A DNA stretch of 64,000 nucleotides from Nitrospiraceae bacterium (GTDB lineage Bacteria; Nitrospirota; Nitrospiria; Nitrospirales; Nitrospiraceae), in assembly GCA_050246315.1 (NCBI GenBank), contig JBFWWG010000011.1:98112-162111 (forward strand), given 5' to 3'. A program made the translations under genes and the position numbers. Below are positions 19,493 through 29,275 of this stretch, one piece after another; position 1 is the first letter of the stretch, and each line of letters starts with the position of its first letter. The notes beneath the pieces were generated by a model, which made no database searches, was not told the origin of the DNA, and saw nothing but the letters and a program-made list of their open reading frames with translations.

Positions 19493-20524
19493 ATGATGTC
19501 CCAGACATGCACCACATGGGCTCCCGTGAGGTTGTTGGGACTGCCTCAAGCGAGCAGCCACGTTCTCCAGCGCAAGTGCGCTTGCGGTGAATCGGCGGGC
19601 ATGACTGGAACCTGTGCCGAGTGCCGGCAGAGGAAGTTCTTGGGAAAACCGCTTCAGGCTAAATTGCGGATCACCGAACCGGGCGATGTCTATGAGCAGG
19701 AAGCCGATCGCGTCGCGGAGCAGGTGCTGCGGATGCCGGATACCGAAGCGACCAGGCCATGCCGCGATGCCGGGAATTCGCTCGTGCAGCGCCGCGCGAC
19801 AGAGGGAGGCGACGGCGTGATGGAAGCCCCGCCGATCGTCCACGACGTGCTGGCTTCTCCCGGTCACCCACTGGATGCGGCCACTCGTGCCTTCTTCGAG
19901 CCCCGCTTCGGCCATGACTTCGGACGAGTGCGGGTGCACACCGATGCGGGCGCAGCGGAGTCGACAAGAGCTGTTCAGGCGTTGGCCCATACGATCGGCA
20001 ACGACGTGGTCTTCGGCACAGGACAGTATTCCCCAAGGACGCACGCGGGGCGGTACCTGCTTGCGCATGAGCTGACGCATGTCGTCCAACAATCCGGTAT
20101 GAGGGCGGGTGCCTCCTTGCAGAGGAAAGCGGCCGTTTCGTCCAGTGCCGAACTGAGCTTTGATCAAGGACATCCTCGAACGGAGCCGGTGCCTCCGGTC
20201 GACTGCGCCGTCGAGATCACTCTCGGCCATGATTGCTTTGCGCTCATCGCCGAGATGATCGCGATCCAAGCGGACATGCGAGAGAACAATCGATGGCTGG
20301 AGCGGTATAGGAACGGAGATATTCCGTGGGATGCCGATGCGTATAAGACGCGTGCCCAATACCAGGGAGACTTGCGGACGAAATTCGAAGCGAAAGAACG
20401 GATACGGAAGTCCTGTTGCGCGGGGCACGAGGTTCCGGGCGAAGCCCCCACCATGTCTCCCGCTGCGAGCCCGGCTCCCGCCCCACAGCCTTCGACACCC
20501 GACGAACAAGGATCAGGCGGATGA
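19493..20524 (+). CDS. DUF4157 protein 5 with short Cys-containing helical C-terminus
   Basis: LQRKCACGE..GTCAEC, YEQEADRVAEQV, FFEPRFGHDF, LLAHELTHVVQQ. Confidence 0.88.
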   Translation: MMSQTCTTWAPVRLLGLPQASSHVLQRKCACGESAGMTGTCAECRQRKFLGKPLQAKLRITEPGDVYEQEADRVAEQVLRMPDTEATRPCRDAGNSLVQRRATEGGDGVMEAPPIVHDVLASPGHPLDAATRAFFEPRFGHDFGRVRVHTDAGAAESTRAVQALAHTIGNDVVFGTGQYSPRTHAGRYLLAHELTHVVQQSGMRAGASLQRKAAVSSSAELSFDQGHPRTEPVPPVDCAVEITLGHDCFALIAEMIAIQADMRENNRWLERYRNGDIPWDADAYKTRAQYQGDLRTKFEAKERIRKSCCAGHEVPGEAPTMSPAASPAPAPQPSTPDEQGSGG

Positions 20525-20576
20525 CGGAGCATGGAGTCGGACATTCAGATGCGCGAGGTCGAAAAACGAGGCCGTC

Positions 20577-21230
20577 ATGACTACCTTCCCTGGTTCCCCC
20601 AAACTTCTCAAAGGCGGGCTGGTCCTGATCGATCCGGAGACGGCCATGGTCCAGCGCATCATCGCGCTGCAATACAACCCCGACTCGTTGAGCCGATCGT
20701 TTCAGATCAAGGGGGTGGGAACCGAAGGCGGCGACCGATCGGAAGTCTTGCGCTTGAAAGGTCCTCCGGTCGAGACGATCAAGGTGGAAGCGGAAATCGA
20801 CGGGACGGACCAACTCGAATTCGCCGATGCTGTGGCGACCGCGGTCGGCATTCATCCTCAGTTGGCCGCGCTGGAAACGATCGTGTATCCGACCAGCGGC
20901 CAATTGCTCGCCAACAATACGTTGGCCAAGGCCGGCACGTTGGAAATCGCGCCGATGGAAACGCCCTTGACGCTCTTCGTGTGGAGCAAGACGAGGGTCG
21001 TGCCGGTGCGGCTGACGGAGTTCAGCATCACGGAGGAGGCGTTCGATCCGGCGCTGAATCCCATCCGCGCCAAGGTCAGTCTGGGGATGCGCGTGCTGAC
21101 GGTCGACGACGTCGGCTTCAGCCATAAGGCGGGCACCCTGTTCATGAGTTACCTCCAGGTGAAGGAGCAACTGGCCGCCCAGCACCAAGGCGGCTCATTG
21201 AATGTGCTCGGCATAGGAGCGATTCCATGA
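20577..21230 (+). CDS. CIS tube-initiator protein (Afp7/Pvc7 N-terminal-like)
   Basis: IALQYNPDSLSRS, LFVWSKTRVVPVRLTEFSITEEAFDPALNPIRAKVSL. Confidence 0.8.
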   Translation: MTTFPGSPKLLKGGLVLIDPETAMVQRIIALQYNPDSLSRSFQIKGVGTEGGDRSEVLRLKGPPVETIKVEAEIDGTDQLEFADAVATAVGIHPQLAALETIVYPTSGQLLANNTLAKAGTLEIAPMETPLTLFVWSKTRVVPVRLTEFSITEEAFDPALNPIRAKVSLGMRVLTVDDVGFSHKAGTLFMSYLQVKEQLAAQHQGGSLNVLGIGAIP

Positions 21231-21589
21231 CGGATCCATTGCAGTTCTTGATGCAGGCCGTTCCCCTGAATGCGGTGCTGTTTGCGCCGAACAGTCGCTA
21301 TTATGCCGTCCCCACGGCGGTGCATCGGCTGTCGGATGGGACCACAGTGCCGTACGTGAAACGGCGGTTCATTGCGCCGCCGGAGAAGTTTGCGCTGCTC
21401 CAGGAACATACGCTGATCCAGGGCGAGCGGCTGGATCACCTGGCCAACCGATACTTCGGCGACCCGGAGCTGTTCTGGCGCATTTGCGACGCCAATGGCG
21501 CGATGCGGCCGGACGAGCTGATCGAGGAGGTGGGGCAGCGGCTCCGCATCACCTTGCCGGAAGGTATCGCGGGAGGCACCGGTGCTTAA
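21227..21589 (+). CDS. LysM-domain baseplate protein
   Basis: GERLDHLANRYFGDPELFWRICDAN. Confidence 0.88.
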   Translation: MTDPLQFLMQAVPLNAVLFAPNSRYYAVPTAVHRLSDGTTVPYVKRRFIAPPEKFALLQEHTLIQGERLDHLANRYFGDPELFWRICDANGAMRPDELIEEVGQRLRITLPEGIAGGTGA

Positions 21590-22709
21590 GGGCATCCACG
21601 TCAGTCTGTTGATCGGGCCGGTCGTGCCGATCCCCGTCTCTCAGGAGGTGCTGGACGCCTTGACGAATGTGCAGGTGATCAACAGCACCGACGACAAGAT
21701 GAACGGCTTCGAGCTCACGTTCGTGCTTGGAACGCGCTCTCCGTTGCATACGATCTTTCTGCTCTCCGCCGGCTCGCCGATACCATTGGTTCGGGTGGTC
21801 ATCGCGGTCGTTATGAATGGAACCACGGAAGTGTTGATGGATGGGGTGATGACGCAGCACGAGATCAAGCCGGGTACGGACGCGGCGCACGCCACCTTGA
21901 TCGTGAAGGGAAAAGACCTCACCGCCGTGATGGACTACCTAGAGTTCAACATTCCCTATCCGGCCATGCCGGCGGAAGCGCGGGTGGCATTGATGCTTGC
22001 CAAGTACCTGCCGTTCGGGGTCATTCCGATGGTGATCCCCAGCATCCTGCTCGACGTGCCGATCCCGATCGAGAAGATTCCGAATCAACGGGGGACGGAT
22101 CTTAACTATATCCGATGGCTGGCGAAGCGGGTCGGCTATGTGTTCTATCTCGAACCGGGACCGGAAATCGGAACCAGCCTGGCCTATTGGGGACCTGAGA
22201 TTAAGGTGGGTGTTCCACAACCGGCGCTGAACATCAACATGGATGCCCATACGAACGTGGAGTCGCTGAGTTTCACGTTCGACACCGAAAACCGCACGCT
22301 TCCCATCATCTACCTCCATAATAAGGAATCGAAGACGATCATCCCCATTCCGGTGCTGGATATCACCCCGCTGAATCCGCCTCTCGGATTGATTCCGCCC
22401 ATCCCGATGCAAACGAAGCCCGTCCGCGGTATGGCGAAATACTCTCCCGTCGAGGCGCTGCTCATCGGGGTGGCGAAGGCGGCGAAATCTTCGGATGCCG
22501 TGAAAGGCACCGGAAGTTTGGACGTGCTTCGATACGGACGTGTCCTCAGAGCTCGAAAACTCGTCGGTGTTAGGGGAGCCGGAACGGCCTTCGACGGGTT
22601 GCACTACGTCACGAGCGTAACGCACACAATCAAGCGCGGGGAATACAAGCAGAATTTCTCGTTGTCGCGGAACGGATTGATCTCGACGCTTCCACAGGTG
22701 CCGGCATGA
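21582..22709 (+). CDS. Baseplate hub, VgrG/gpD-like N-terminal part (Afp8-like)
   Basis: GTDLNYIRWLAKRVGYVFY, VGVRGAGTAFDGLHYVTSVTHTI; position in locus. Confidence 0.8.
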   Translation: MLKGIHVSLLIGPVVPIPVSQEVLDALTNVQVINSTDDKMNGFELTFVLGTRSPLHTIFLLSAGSPIPLVRVVIAVVMNGTTEVLMDGVMTQHEIKPGTDAAHATLIVKGKDLTAVMDYLEFNIPYPAMPAEARVALMLAKYLPFGVIPMVIPSILLDVPIPIEKIPNQRGTDLNYIRWLAKRVGYVFYLEPGPEIGTSLAYWGPEIKVGVPQPALNINMDAHTNVESLSFTFDTENRTLPIIYLHNKESKTIIPIPVLDITPLNPPLGLIPPIPMQTKPVRGMAKYSPVEALLIGVAKAAKSSDAVKGTGSLDVLRYGRVLRARKLVGVRGAGTAFDGLHYVTSVTHTIKRGEYKQNFSLSRNGLISTLPQVPA

Positions 22710-23284
22710 ACGAAGCGGATAGTGCGGCTGATGTGCAACAGAGCGACGTTGGAGAGAAGTTTTATGGCAAGTATCGGGGGACGGTCGTGAACAACCTCGA
22801 TCCCATGCAACTCGGTCGCATCCAGGTGATGGTGCCGGATGTGTTCGGCTTGTCGATTTCCAGTTGGGCCATGCCCTGTGTACCGATCGCCGGGAAGCAG
22901 CAGGGCATCTTCGTCCTTCCTCAGGTCGGCTCGGGCGTGTGGATCGAGTTCGAACAGGGGGAACCGGACTATCCCATTTGGGTCGGGGGGTTTTGGGGGA
23001 TTGCGGCGGAAGTCCCGGCTCTGGCGTTGGCGCCACCGCCCCCGCCCCCGGGACAGAACATCGTCATTCAAACGACCGGACAGAACACGCTCTTGTTGAG
23101 CGATGTGCCGGGGCCGACCGGCGGCATCATGCTTAAGACAATGACGGGCGCGATGATCCTGATGAATGACGTCGGGGTGACGATCAGCAACGGCAAGGGC
23201 GCCACGATCATGATGAACGGGCCGGCGATCACCATCACGGGTTCGCCGGTCACGATCAACAATGGCGCGCTGACCGTTCTGTGA
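22706..23284 (+). CDS. Spike protein, gp5/phage baseplate V OB-fold (VgrG C-terminal part)
   Basis: FYGKYRGTVVNNLDPMQLGRIQV, PQVGSGVWIEFEQGEPDYPIWVGGFW. Confidence 0.92.
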   Translation: MNEADSAADVQQSDVGEKFYGKYRGTVVNNLDPMQLGRIQVMVPDVFGLSISSWAMPCVPIAGKQQGIFVLPQVGSGVWIEFEQGEPDYPIWVGGFWGIAAEVPALALAPPPPPPGQNIVIQTTGQNTLLLSDVPGPTGGIMLKTMTGAMILMNDVGVTISNGKGATIMMNGPAITITGSPVTINNGALTVL

Positions 23285-23342
23285 ACGTCGCGACCACGGC
23301 CACACGAATTGTCGGGTGGTGACGAAGAAGGAGCTTCAGGCC

Positions 23343-23663
23343 ATGCCCGGATTTCTGGTTCATCTCGGGGCGACCGTACTGTGTGCGCATGGAGGGCAGG
23401 CCATGCCGACCTCCCCGAATCCGAGGGTACTGGTGAGCGGGCAGCCGGTGGCCACGCAACCGACCCCCTATTCCATTGCGGGCTGTCCGTTCGTGACCGG
23501 CACGACCCCTACTCCCTGCCTCACGGGACAATGGCTCACGGCCTCGACGCGGTTGTTGGTGGGAGGGGTTCCGGTCGTCCTGTTCGACAGTCAGGCCATG
23601 TGCGCGCCGAACGGGACGCCCTTGATGATCACGTCTACGCAGACACGGGTCACGGGGATGTAG
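23343..23663 (+). CDS. PAAR-like spike tip (Afp10-like)
   Basis: GATVLCAHGG, GCP...PC..GQW, RLLVGGVPV. Confidence 0.8.
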   Translation: MPGFLVHLGATVLCAHGGQAMPTSPNPRVLVSGQPVATQPTPYSIAGCPFVTGTTPTPCLTGQWLTASTRLLVGGVPVVLFDSQAMCAPNGTPLMITSTQTRVTGM

Positions 23664-23667
23664 CGCT

Positions 23668-24024
23668 ATGCCACTCGACTATCCCTTCCAATTCGACGGC
23701 AGCGGCCGCACGGCGATGACCGGCGAGACGGACCATGTGCGCGATCTGATCGAGCAGGTCTTGTTCACGGCCCCCGGCGAGCGGGTCAATCGTCCGACGT
23801 ACGGCAGCGGTCTCACACAACTGGTATTCGCCCCCAACAGCGATGCCTTGGCCGCAGCCACGCAGGTCAGTGTGCATGGCGCGCTGCAGCAATGGCTGGG
23901 GGATTTGCTGATGGTTGAAGGAGTGGAGGTGCTCCGCGAAGACGCGGCCCTGCGCGTGACCGTCCGGTATGTCGTGAGACAAACCCAGGAACGCCGAGCG
24001 GTAGAGGTGGTGCGGACGATATGA
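23668..24024 (+). CDS. GPW/gp25 baseplate protein (Afp9-like)
   Basis: LIEQVLFTAPGERVNRPTYGSGL. Confidence 0.93.
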   Translation: MPLDYPFQFDGSGRTAMTGETDHVRDLIEQVLFTAPGERVNRPTYGSGLTQLVFAPNSDALAAATQVSVHGALQQWLGDLLMVEGVEVLREDAALRVTVRYVVRQTQERRAVEVVRTI

Positions 24025-26579
24025 GCCCGATGACGCAAGTCCACAGCGACGTGAACCTCCGACGCACACTCGTCCGGACGACGGTCGGAAGCGACGGAAA
24101 ACCGGTCGTGAACGGTATGGATTTCCTGGAGGTGACGACGCCGGACCAGACGACTCTCCAGGTGCACTTTATTCATCCCCTGCCGGGGCAGGCCAACGGC
24201 GTGCCTGCCGCGCCGCCGCTGTCGGCCGCCAACGTCGTCATCACGGGTGGCGTACGTGTGACCGAGATCCGGGTCGTGCGTGCGACCGCCATCGGCAATG
24301 TCTTTACGGTCGTCGTCGATCAGCCGGGGGACTTCTCCCGGTATACGTTGCAGCTTGTTGCCGGTCCGGGAGAGACCAGTCCGCCGGCCGGATTCGACCC
24401 GCAACTGGCGGTCCTCTCGTTTTCCTTCAAGGTGGCCTGTCCGACCGATCTCGACTGCCGCACGGAGGACGTGTGCCCCCCCGAGCCAATGGAAAAGCCG
24501 GATATCAACTACCTCGCCAAGGACTATGCGAGCTTCCGTCGGATCATGCTGGATCGTCTGGCTCTCCTGGCGCCCGAATGGACGGAACGGTCGCCGGCCG
24601 ACCTGGGCATCACGCTCGTCGAACTCTTGGCCTATGTCGCGGACCATCTGAGTTACGAGCAGGATGCCGTGGCGACGGAGGCCTACTTCGGGACCGCCCG
24701 TCGCCGAGTATCCGTCCGACGGCACGTTCGCCTGGTCGGGTATCTCCCGTTCGAGGGATGTAACGCTCGTGTGTGGGCGCAGATTCAATTGCAGCCCGGC
24801 AGCAACGACGTGGTGCTCTCGGCGCGCGGCCCACAAGGACCGACAAGGCTGCTGACATCGGTTCGCGGGCACAACCAAGTCCTTCCGCCACGATCGAATG
24901 CGGAGCAAGCGGCGTTGGCGATGAACCCGATCGTGTTCGAGTTGATGGAGGATGTGCGGTTGTACGCCAAGCATGCGCGGATGACGTTCTATACGTGGGG
25001 CAACAAGCAATGTTGCCTCCCGGCGGGCGCCACGAGGGCCACGCTCAGAACGCAGCTTCCCACCCTCCGCAAGGGCACTGTCCTGATCTTCCAGGAAGAG
25101 AAAGGGCCGATGACGGGATTGCCGGAGGATAGGGATCCTTCGCATCGCCATGTCGTGCGATTGATCACGGACGCGGTCGTCGGCATAGACCCGCTTACCC
25201 AGGAGCCGATCTCCGAGATCGAATGGCATGCGGAGGATGCACTGCCGTTCCCGTTCTGCTTGTCTTCCAAGACGGATCGGAACCATGGCGAGGACGATGT
25301 GGAGGACGTCACGGTGGCGTTGGGGAATATCGTGCTGGCAGACCATGGACGGACGGTGGAGACACCGGAGTCGCTCGGTTCGGTGCCGATGCCGCGGCTG
25401 ACTCGTGTGCCGGCAGGCACAGAGATGCCGTCAAGTGAAGCTTCCGATGGCGCCGCAGCGCCGGGCTCTCGGAGCCGGCAGGTGGTCCCCCCTCGCTATC
25501 GTCCCGTCCTGCGTGGCCGCCCGCTCACGCATGCCGCCCCCTTCCCGTATCTCGACGAGACAGACCAGCCTCGCTCGGCGCGCGCGGCTCTGGTCTATGC
25601 GCGGGAAACCGTTCGTCCGGCAATCGGATCGCTGGTGAGTACGTTCAATGCTGTTGAGACGGACTGGATGGTCACCCAGGATCTTCTCACCGACAGCCTC
25701 GGCCGTCCGGACTGCGTGGTGGAAATGGAACAAGATGGGACGGCGTCGATTCGATTCGGAGACGGTCGATATGGGCGGCGGCCTGAGCCCGGCAGCCTGT
25801 TCCAGGTCGTCTATCGCATCGGCAACGGGAGCCGTGGAAACATCGGCGCGGACACGTTACACCATGTCGTGACCGACAGTCCCCACGTGGCGGGCGTGAC
25901 GAATCCGTTGCCCGCTTTCGGCGGAATGGAACCGGAGAGTCTTGAGGAGATCAGACGGAACGCGCCTGTGGCGTTTCGCACCCAGGATCGCGCGGTGACC
26001 ATGGACGACTATGCCGACATGACCGAGCGAACCCCGAACGTCCAACAAGCCGCCGCCACGCTCAGATGGACGGGGAGTTGGCATACGGTCTTCATCACCG
26101 TCGATCGGCTGGGCGGGGCACGGGTCGATCCTGCTTACGAGACCGACCTGCGGAACAGGTTGGAGTTCGCTCGCTTGGCCGGACAGGACATCGAAATCGA
26201 CAATCCGAGACTGGTGGCGCTGGAAATCGAGATGCGCGTGTCCGTGGAGCCGGACTATTTTCGGAGCGACGTGCAGCGCGCGCTGCTCGATCTGTTCAGT
26301 AACCGGGTCCTGTCGGACGGACGGCGCGGTCTCCTCCATCCGGACAATTTTTCTTTCGGGCAGCCTGTCTATCTCAGCCCGCTGTATGCCGCGGCTCAGG
26401 CGGTGGCCGGGGTGCGGGCGGTGGTCATCACGCAGTTTCAACGGTTGGACAATCCGGGGGGTGATGCGCTGGCGCAAGGGGTGCTTTCGCTGAGTCGCTT
26501 GGAAATCGCGCGGTGCGACAATGATCCGAACTTCCCGGACCGCGGCGTCTTTCGGTTGATTCTTGAAGGTGGCTTATGA
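24021..26579 (+). CDS. Baseplate J-like wedge protein 1 (Afp11-like)
   Basis: YLAKDYASFR, DLGITLVELLAY, IRFGDGRYGRRP, YRIGNGSRGNIG, DRAVTMDDY. Confidence 0.92.
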   Translation: MSPMTQVHSDVNLRRTLVRTTVGSDGKPVVNGMDFLEVTTPDQTTLQVHFIHPLPGQANGVPAAPPLSAANVVITGGVRVTEIRVVRATAIGNVFTVVVDQPGDFSRYTLQLVAGPGETSPPAGFDPQLAVLSFSFKVACPTDLDCRTEDVCPPEPMEKPDINYLAKDYASFRRIMLDRLALLAPEWTERSPADLGITLVELLAYVADHLSYEQDAVATEAYFGTARRRVSVRRHVRLVGYLPFEGCNARVWAQIQLQPGSNDVVLSARGPQGPTRLLTSVRGHNQVLPPRSNAEQAALAMNPIVFELMEDVRLYAKHARMTFYTWGNKQCCLPAGATRATLRTQLPTLRKGTVLIFQEEKGPMTGLPEDRDPSHRHVVRLITDAVVGIDPLTQEPISEIEWHAEDALPFPFCLSSKTDRNHGEDDVEDVTVALGNIVLADHGRTVETPESLGSVPMPRLTRVPAGTEMPSSEASDGAAAPGSRSRQVVPPRYRPVLRGRPLTHAAPFPYLDETDQPRSARAALVYARETVRPAIGSLVSTFNAVETDWMVTQDLLTDSLGRPDCVVEMEQDGTASIRFGDGRYGRRPEPGSLFQVVYRIGNGSRGNIGADTLHHVVTDSPHVAGVTNPLPAFGGMEPESLEEIRRNAPVAFRTQDRAVTMDDYADMTERTPNVQQAAATLRWTGSWHTVFITVDRLGGARVDPAYETDLRNRLEFARLAGQDIEIDNPRLVALEIEMRVSVEPDYFRSDVQRALLDLFSNRVLSDGRRGLLHPDNFSFGQPVYLSPLYAAAQAVAGVRAVVITQFQRLDNPGGDALAQGVLSLSRLEIARCDNDPNFPDRGVFRLILEGGL

Positions 26580-29275
26580 GCGAACCACTCGAACCAGGGC
26601 TGAGTCTGTGCGGCTGTTGCGAGGGCCTGACGCAGGCGACGCCCATCGAGGTCACCAATCGTCCCGGTCTTTCGGCGATCGGATATCGAGTCGGCACGCA
26701 CGGATCGTTCAAGACCGGCATGTTGGCTCGATTGACGGCAGGCAGCTCGATTCTGCAGTCGCTACGGACACGCCGCAACGACGATTTTTCCATCGGGCTC
26801 ATCGATGCCTGGGCGACGGTCCTGGATATTTTGACCTTTTATCAGGAGCGGCTGGCGAACGAATCCTATCTGTTCACGGCCACCGAACGACGATCGCTTC
26901 TGGAGCAGGCGCGGCTCATCGGCTATGAGCCGCGGCCCGGCGTCGCCGCGGGCACCTATCTCGCCTTTACCGTCGAGGAGACGGGTGTGGCCTCGTTACC
27001 GGGGGCTCCGCTCCCGCCGACGCCGTCTGGTCCCCGCGAGGTGATCGTCCCGAAGGGGACGAAGGTACAAAGCGTTCCCGGACCGGGCGAGACCGCCCAG
27101 ATGTACGAGACCATCGAGGACATGACGGCCCACGTCGACTGGAATAGTCTGCAACCGCGGCTGAGTCAGCCTCATCCCGTGCGTACGGACTTGGAACAGG
27201 TCACGGTGCGGGGACTCTCCCCCTTCGTGAAAGCCGGAGATATCCTGCTCATCGTGGCAGGGAGCGATCCGGATGACGAGAAGGTGAAACAGGTGCTCAG
27301 GGTGACGTCTGATCCGAAGGGTCAGACCACCACCTTCGATCTGGCGATGACCCCGGCACCCGTTCCCTGGATCAGACCGGTCCTGAGCTTCAGCCCGTTT
27401 GTCCGCACGGCTACGACGCTCGACAATGCCTTTGTCGAGACCGGATTGCTCGCGGGAACACGCTGGAATCAGCGCCTGCTGCTGTCCATGGCCAAGACCC
27501 ATCGCTGGTCGCGCGTGGCCTTGCAAAGGAGAATCAATCTCCCTCCGCTGAAGCCATTGCCTACCGATCCGGGCATCTTTGCATTTCGCGAGCGTGCCGC
27601 GCTCTTCGGTCACAACGCGCCCAAACATGCGTCGCTGCCCGCCGATCAAACGAAGTCCGGCGCTGTCTACGAAGAGAACTGGGAGGGAAGGACACTTCAA
27701 CAGGAGCAACCCCTCTCAGGCGAGGCGTATGTGTATCTGGACCGGACCTATCCGGGGATCGTGACGGGCAGTTGGGTGGTGCTCATGAGCCCAAATGCCG
27801 GACCGCGGATCTATCAAGTGCACGAAACGACGGATCTCACAAGGGCGGACTTCACGCTCACCGCCAAGGTGACGCGCATCCGAGTCGGCAGTTCGGAACA
27901 CTTCGAAGACTTTACCCTGCGGGACACGACCGTCTTTGTCGTGAGCGAACGGCTGGACTTGGCTCCGATCCCAATTCCGGATGTCGTGCAAGGAAATGAG
28001 GTGACGCTCAACGGGGCCTATCTCGGCCTTGAAGCGGGACGATGGGTCATCGTGACCGGGGAGCGCGATGATCTATCCGGCGTCACGGCCAGTGAAGTGC
28101 ACCGACTGGCCGATGTGACGCTCGAGGAAGGGTTGACGACGCTCACGTTGCAGTCGGCGCTGGCCCATCTCTACGTCCGCGCGACGGTCCGGGTCAGCGG
28201 CAACGTGGCGGCCGCCACGCACGGCGAGTCCCGGTCGGAGTTGCTCGGCTCGGGAGACGGCCGGCTGCCTTTCCAGCAATTCACGCTTCGCCAACCGCCG
28301 TTGACTTACATCAGCGCCCCGACGCCGAGCGGCGGACAGTCCACGCTCGAGGTCTGCGTCAACGATCAACTCTGGCAGGAGGTGGCGACGCTCTACGGGC
28401 AGGGACCGACCGATCACGTCTACGTCACGCGCAGGGACGACGACGGCAAGACCACGATCCAGTTCGGCGATGGCGTGACCGGGGCGCGTCTGCCGAGCGG
28501 CCTGCAGAATGTGCGCGCCGCCTATCGCCAGGGCATCGGCGCGGCGGGTCTCGTCAAGGCGAGTCAACTCACGTTGCTCATGACGAAGCCGACCGGCGTT
28601 CGCGATGTGACGAACCCGCTTGACGCGACCGGCGCGGCCGATCCCGAGGGGATCGAGGACATCAGACGCAATGCCGCGCTGACTCTTCGAACGCTGGACC
28701 GAATTGTATCCTTGCAGGATTACGAGGATTTCGCGGCCGCCTTCTCCGGCGTAAGTAAGGCGCTGGCCACCTCCACGTGGACGGGACGCCGCCGCGGCGT
28801 TCTGCTGACGGTGGCGGGGACCGATGGAGCGGTTGTCGAGGAGACCGGCGCGGTCTACACCAATCTCCTGCGCGCGATTCAGGAGAACGGAGACCCCCAG
28901 GTCCCGGTCCAGGTGGCGAGCTATCGGCCGGCGTTCTTCAAAGTGGCGGCCAAGATCACCGTAGCGTTCGGCTCCTCCCCGGAGATCGTCCTGGCCGGCG
29001 TGCAGGAGCAATTACGGGCCACCTTCTCGTTCTCCGCGCGTCAGTTCGGTCAACCGGTCGCGCTCAGCGAGGTGCTGTCCGTGATGCATTCGGTTCCCGG
29101 GGTGCAGGCCGTGCATGTCACGCAGTTGTATCGGATGGATGATCCGGCGGCGCCGTCGCTCCAAACCGAACTGCCGGCCATGGTGCCGCAGTCCGGCAGC
29201 GGTGCGGGCACTCTCGGCGCGGAATTGGTGACGCTCGATGCAAGCCCGTTGGTGGAGATCGGAGTGGCTTCATGA
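26576..29275 (+). CDS. Baseplate J-like wedge protein 2
   Basis: LTFYQERLANESYLFTA, IQFGDGVTGARLP, RIVSLQDYEDFA. Confidence 0.9.
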   Translation: MSEPLEPGLSLCGCCEGLTQATPIEVTNRPGLSAIGYRVGTHGSFKTGMLARLTAGSSILQSLRTRRNDDFSIGLIDAWATVLDILTFYQERLANESYLFTATERRSLLEQARLIGYEPRPGVAAGTYLAFTVEETGVASLPGAPLPPTPSGPREVIVPKGTKVQSVPGPGETAQMYETIEDMTAHVDWNSLQPRLSQPHPVRTDLEQVTVRGLSPFVKAGDILLIVAGSDPDDEKVKQVLRVTSDPKGQTTTFDLAMTPAPVPWIRPVLSFSPFVRTATTLDNAFVETGLLAGTRWNQRLLLSMAKTHRWSRVALQRRINLPPLKPLPTDPGIFAFRERAALFGHNAPKHASLPADQTKSGAVYEENWEGRTLQQEQPLSGEAYVYLDRTYPGIVTGSWVVLMSPNAGPRIYQVHETTDLTRADFTLTAKVTRIRVGSSEHFEDFTLRDTTVFVVSERLDLAPIPIPDVVQGNEVTLNGAYLGLEAGRWVIVTGERDDLSGVTASEVHRLADVTLEEGLTTLTLQSALAHLYVRATVRVSGNVAAATHGESRSELLGSGDGRLPFQQFTLRQPPLTYISAPTPSGGQSTLEVCVNDQLWQEVATLYGQGPTDHVYVTRRDDDGKTTIQFGDGVTGARLPSGLQNVRAAYRQGIGAAGLVKASQLTLLMTKPTGVRDVTNPLDATGAADPEGIEDIRRNAALTLRTLDRIVSLQDYEDFAAAFSGVSKALATSTWTGRRRGVLLTVAGTDGAVVEETGAVYTNLLRAIQENGDPQVPVQVASYRPAFFKVAAKITVAFGSSPEIVLAGVQEQLRATFSFSARQFGQPVALSEVLSVMHSVPGVQAVHVTQLYRMDDPAAPSLQTELPAMVPQSGSGAGTLGAELVTLDASPLVEIGVAS

